Shown: piece after piece, positions 57,829 to 64,000 of the stretch
Position numbering within the stretch: the stretch's first letter is position 1
Layout of the letters: the number at the start of each line of letters is the position of its first letter
Assembly (NCBI GenBank): GCA_028023455.1
Contig: JAQFVV010000005.1
Location: forward strand, 15,748,001 to 15,812,000
Direction of reading: 5' to 3'
From: Epiperipatus broadwayi
Taxonomy: Eukaryota > Animalia > Onychophora
Length of the DNA stretch: 64,000 nucleotides
Made by a program: the position numbers and the translations under genes
Notes under the pieces: generated by a model
What the model was told of the DNA's origin: nothing
The model's database searches: none
Seen by the model: only the letters and a program-made list of their open reading frames with translations

Positions 57829-60800
57829 ATTTAGACATTCATCCTGAATTAAATTGATAATGGTTAAAAATAAAGATAATGATATAATGGAAATGAGTGT
57901 GATGTTCAGTAATCTCCAGCATCCATAGATCCATCATTCATCTTTATAGTAATTCATGACTTAAAAAAAATAAATTAGAAATGTGTAAATTTGAATTCAT
58001 AAACAAACCTAAATGGGCCCCCTTTTTGCAATCAGTTATGGGATGATAAGATATTCATATTTATTTGTTCCATTAATAAGTTTATATATTATCAAACTAT
58101 ATATTTAATAGCTGTAATTTATTTATGGATTTTTTAAAATTATTATAATTTTCTTTTTAATATTAGAAACTATAAGCTGACTGACAAGATTAATATTACA
58201 AAAATCACCAATAATTCAATATTTTGCTCCTTTTGAATATCAATTATTGATTTAATCACCATATAAACATATTGCATAGATAAAAGTGACTATCTTTTGT
58301 TTAACAATAAATTTAATACCGATTTTGTTGTTATGACAGATAGTTATATTTAATTGTTTTGTGAATAACATTATATATATATGTATACTAAACAAATATT
58401 TATTTAGGGTTTTAGCCATGGAAAATAAATCATACGCAATGAATATGGAAAAATTCTTCCATGCACTGCTGTAAATTATTATGAACACAATTTGATTTAT
58501 GAATGTTAAACTTTCTGCACTCATATCTTTGATGCTATTTATTTTAAATAAATCCATTATTGATTATTACTATTTATTTATTGAATCAGAGATTATCATA
58601 TCATTCATAATTAATGATTTGATATTGAAAAATAATGAATAAATGATGCACAGGAAACTATAACCTGGACCAATTAAAGAGTCTGATTTAGCATGAAATG
58701 CAACTTGTAGATCTTTTTCAAATATCTCGATTCATTTGTTTCAAAAATAGATGGAATGGAAGTTTTAAGGATATCTAACTAAAAAATATCTCCTAATAAT
58801 TTTAGATCTTGGCAACAATTAGAAAAATCTGTCCAACGAAACAATAGCAAATACTATACATATTAAATAACAGATGTTTGTTTTAATATTACTAAAAGGG
58901 TGTAAATATAAGGTATGGTCTATCTACCTGATTATTCTACATATTACTCGTCATTAAAAAAAGAAAATCAATCAATAAAAAATCAAATGTCCACATTTAA
59001 TATTGAAATTATAGCTACAAGAGTATATTTATTGAATAAAATAAAAATTGCAATGAATTATCAAATAATATTAAATATTTAACAAAAAAATTCAACAATG
59101 ACAAATAAAACGTTAACATAAAAGAAAATTCATGAGAAATGTCAGCAATTACCTTTGAAGTTACTGTTGTAAGTCTATATTAAATAATATATACATAATA
59201 ATTAAAATAATTGTTTTCTTCAACTACAATTGAGATTTTTATATGCAATTTAAAATAATTTTGTTATTGAAGAAAACAATTATGTTTGGCCTTTTATTGC
59301 AAATAAAATCATTTATTAAACAAATTTTTTTATATTGTAACAGCAATTTTTGCACGGGTGTAATATTTATATAACAGGTAGATGGAAGATAGGCTCAAAC
59401 CAGGAACCATATGCAATCAAAGATATACACATATATAAAATAAGATCTTCAAGAATGTGTATCGCAGATATTGGTTCAAATAAATAATAAACTGAATGGT
59501 TAATAAAATTCAAATAAAAATTTTAATTCAGATATATAATAATATTAACCAATGTGATAATTTATGATTTATAATCTAAAAATACAAGTAATCCCCAAAA
59601 TATTTTATTTGTTTTTTAATAAAAGCAACTCAAAAATACCAAACTTCCTAAAAAGAAAGTTTACTTTTGGAAAAGTTTTTAAAGGAATGACCATTTCAAT
59701 TATCACCATCCCAGCCTGTTCCCAGTGGATTGCATGACTTCTCCGGGACATGGATATTAACTAGTATAGGTGTGAAAAAGCATATATTTGAATTGAGTTA
59801 CAAATACATACTAAATGGATTAATAAAAAAAAAAGCAATTTATTAAAATGAATAAATAAAATGGTTGCTTATATAATCACAACTATCAACACATACACAA
59901 AAATATATAGTGATGAAAGATATTTCAAGTTTAAGCTATGGTTCAAGTTTAAGGCCTTATGGTATTTATAATGATAAGATCTTATCATGTTAACTAGGGA
60001 AACAGTCACTAACCAGGATTTTTCCAGGTATTGTCCTTTTAATATTTTACTAATGTCTTCCTTAGATTTCCAATGATGAACTTTTCCTTGAACACTGGTG
60101 ATGTTACAGCAGCACTGGTGATTCTACTTGTATGTCTTGAGTCATTTATGTGACACTATCAATTTCTTTCTGTCTTCCTTTGTGGCATTATAGAAGCATT
60201 GCATGAGCTGGTTTTCAAACTTCAGTGCTAATTTCTGGATCTCACTGCATTTTCCAGACATTTTGACTGGTGCTGTTTTTTAATGATCTAACCATGCATG
60301 GTAGATGTATTCCTTTTAAATAAATGCATCTTACTGACTGTTTTATCTGGAGAATTTAAAACAACTTTAAGAGCAGTCAATAAAATATGGCTTACAGTGG
60401 AAAGAGTTTTAATCAGTGGTTGTTTGTTTCCATGAAGATACAGCTTCAATAGTAGACTGCACTCTAATGCAAGGCAATATGGGATAAACTACTGGCCTCC
60501 TAAAATTAGAATGATAGTAATAAGAATGACAATAATAATGCCTAATTTCTTATTCTGACCTATTTATACCAATTTGATGTTGTTCAAACAACATAATGTC
60601 CCCAGCTAGAGAATAAATGACATTTGCATCATTTCAGCAATTTATTTTTTTAAAAACATCCAATTTTACTCTCTCCAAAACATGCTGTGAATATAGTATA
60701 TTATATCATGTTTTTTTAATAAATAAAAGAAGAGAACAAAATAGATTGTCTTTTTCTCTCTTTCTTTATTTACATTTCGTTAATATAGAAAAAAGAAAAA

Positions 60801-62387
60801 TTCACTGTCGACCTTTACTTTTTTAATCATAACTGGTAAACTGTTATCACTTTTAAAGTTTTAATCTTATTTTTAGTTTTGCCATCCAGTTTTATTATGA
60901 AATGTGAAAAGTTTTATTTAAAACTTAGTTCAGGAAAGGCAAACTACAACAGGATTCAATTTTCACCTATTCCGCATTTTTCTTTCTTCCTTTATAGTAG
61001 TATTATAATTCCCTTGTTTTTCACATTTTATAAAATAAATTTACTAATCTTTTAATAATATGCATAAATTCATTTTTCTCTTATAACTCTACAATAGTTT
61101 ATATATTTCCAATATAAAGATCATAATATTAAGTCATAAATCACAAGATTTTGTGAATGTTAATTTGTATAGGAAATAGTGGAGAGAACAACAGCTTCAC
61201 GCTCCTAAATCAAGATGCTTCAGATTGGTCCATATAAGTGGAAAGTTAGGTTAAAGATAAGATGGCTGCATTTATTTTTATAAAAGTCACTATCTTGTGT
61301 TGAGGTTTGAGAGGTCCCTCTATCAACAAAATAAAGATATTGCTTCACTATTATAAATTTCAAGACGCATTTGATACAGGTTAAAGCCTGTCTTAAAAAT
61401 ATTTACATATACTTCCTGTGCATTTAATAAATAATTATAACTCTTAATCTTTAGGCAATTTACCTTTTTTTTAAGTGACATGCATATACATGCATACATG
61501 TGAATGTCAGTTTATATATCTATTAGTCAGTTCAAAACACTTTTTTTTTTGCATTGTAACATAACCATTGTTATAGCTACAATATATATTATTTTTAATA
61601 TCAAAAATGGAAATTAATGAAGTCCATTATGCTGTTTTTGTCATATAATTTGTAATAAATAATAAAATTTTTACAAACAATGACTAGATAGAAAATATAT
61701 ACTAATAATAATTATGCATAAAAGCACTGGTTTGTGCCGTTTATAAATGCTAAGCATCTATTTTAATAGTAATCAAATATTGAAAGTATAACACTATCTA
61801 GTATTTTATGATGGAAGTAAAATACCAATAATAACAAAATAAAATATGAATAAAACATAATAAAATTATAATAGAGATTCAATAAAATTTTAAAGAATTG
61901 ATTATATAATATAACAATATTCAGTATAAATAAAGAATACCCTAAGAATTTTATCTATAATACCTTATATATTCATAAAATTATTTATGTTACGCTTAAT
62001 ATAATATGTTTTATATATTTGTTTTTTTTTTTTGCATTTCTAATATAATTTAAAAGTTTAATATTTTTTGTAGCGTCTATTTTATGTCCATAAGTTAAAT
62101 AATAAATATATAAAGCTGATTTATCATCTAGCCTATTAATTGCATTATTACGTTTTTTTTTAATTTTTAGCATTCTGATACTTTTAATTATTCCTATTTA
62201 AAACAAAGTAAATAAATTATACTGATCTATTGGTACGCTCTCTATGTGCACTGATCTGTCTGTATAACATTTTAAAGGAAATTTGCAGTGCGTTAAAAAT
62301 CAATTCCAATATTATTTTGTTTATAAAAAAGCATTTTGAATATTAAACTTTTAAATCTGTGTTGATATATATGTAATACTCAAATAT

Positions 62388-62857
62388 TTTATGCTAATAT
62401 TTCACAGAATTTGTTATAACATGCCAATAATTCTCAAATAAAATATTATATTTATATTCATTTATTTGCTTTTGCTTAGTACTTTCAAAGGGCAAAACCT
62501 TCATTTTCAAAGTTATGAAAGAATGTGGTTCTGGATGTTCAGCGTGAGGAATGCAAAATTGTGCAAATCAAGTTTTCATGAGTTAAGGCGGAAGATTAAG
62601 GAGGCTTATTTTATTGTTTCGGATGTTGATTCCATGAATAAAAGAGATACATTCTACACCATTTCCAAGAAATGGCAAACTTGATTTGCATAATTTTGAA
62701 TTTCTCATGCTGAACATCCTGCACTACATTCTTTCATGGCTTTTAAAATAAAGGCTTCATCCTTCAAAAGTACTAATCAAAAACAAAATATAAATATAAT
62801 ATTTTATTTGAGAATTATTGGCATATTATAACTAATTGCGTGAAATATTAGCATAAA
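62388..62857. repeat. Foldback/MITE-like element with ~185-bp inverted arms and ~100-bp spacer
   Basis: 62388-62575 is approximately the reverse complement of 62677-62857. Confidence 0.85.
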
Positions 62858-64000
62858 GCATTTTGAAAAAATAAATTTTACAATCAAGAGAAAATAAAAT
62901 TTCATACATTTTTTTTTTTAAAAAGCAACTTTTTCAGTCAATTGAAAATAAGATTTCTTTTTATTTCTGTTTTAATTGATCATTAATATTTTTTAATGAT
63001 TTTTTTTAAAAAATAGAAGCTTTTAAAAAACATTGCCCTCTCATGCGCACCACTGAAAAATTACTGAACTCATATGAACATGTTCAAAATTTGGTCTGCC
63101 AATCCCTTTACAGTAAACAAACCAAGGGACCAATAATATTTCATTGTCATCATATGTATACAATTTTAAGGAAATCTATTTGATAGAAGTCTGTTAAATT
63201 CCAAGTACAAACTTAATTAAGTAAACAAACTAAGTTTTTAAGTTAAATAAAAGCATTTAATAAAATAAGGAAAATAATTATTTTGCAGTAAAAAAAAAAG
63301 CAAAAGGTAATCCAGGCACCAAATGAATATAAGATAAAAATAAGTAATATTTAATATAATCCTCATTATAAATTCAAAAATAAATACGGACATTCATTAT
63401 AGATTAGAATTTTTGCATAAATTTGATTTGCCATCATTGATTTTTTTTGCTAAATAATCAATATTGTTTTGATAAATAAATTATTTTTATTGCAAAATGT
63501 GTTATTTTCTTGATTTTACTTATTATATTCTTGTAGATGTGAATTCAAAAATAAATGCATGCATTTTATTTTTCAACCATTAGTTTTTATTTTGCTCAAT
63601 TTTAAATACCACAAAACTCCAACAAGCAGATAGATCATACATTATATTAGAGCTGGTAAAAGTAATTGCATTTATACAAGTAAATATTGTGAACAGGAAT
63701 TTTAAATACATCTGGTAATCATGATTATTCAAGCTTCCATTGGATGGCATTAGAATGGAGAGCTGCATGTCTTCTAGGTAATGTGAATGTTAATTGAAAC
63801 AATCCAAAGCCTTTCTAGCAAAGAAAAAATACTCTTTAGAATTAGGGTTAGATGCAGATTATACACTGGGAAAATATAAAAAGACTTCTCTTATATCTTA
63901 TACTTTTAATACTAATATGCCTTAGTGAACACAAAGCCATCCAGAAAGTAAAAGTAAGTAGCTTTAAGAAGCCATTGCAAGACAAAATCTCCACCAGCCC

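Overview
AT-rich animal (probably invertebrate) genomic DNA; the species cannot be identified from the sequence. The only supportable host gene is a minus-strand rabphilin-3A/Doc2-type tandem C2 gene. Seven coding exons (50076 down to the stop at 2547) can be spliced by hand in frame with GT-AG sites, and all ten Ca2+-binding aspartates are present; its 5' exons were not found in the window. The introns are packed with mobile DNA. These include a young Ty3/gypsy-type element with 2.4-kb LTRs that encodes only an intact Arc-like Gag and no pol, a decayed L1/Tx1-type LINE bracketed by long (TAG)n arrays next to a 500-N gap, an inverted pair of 2.2-kb LTR-like elements, older gypsy pol fragments, two TIR elements (one Merlin-like) and other LINE/SINE remnants. 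The most notable unannotated signal is a repeat family carrying a minimal type I hammerhead ribozyme of Penelope/retrozyme style. It has two near-intact copies sense to the gene, a decayed tandem array of about 330-bp units and one further divergent relic. Identity figures are by-eye estimates, not computed alignments.
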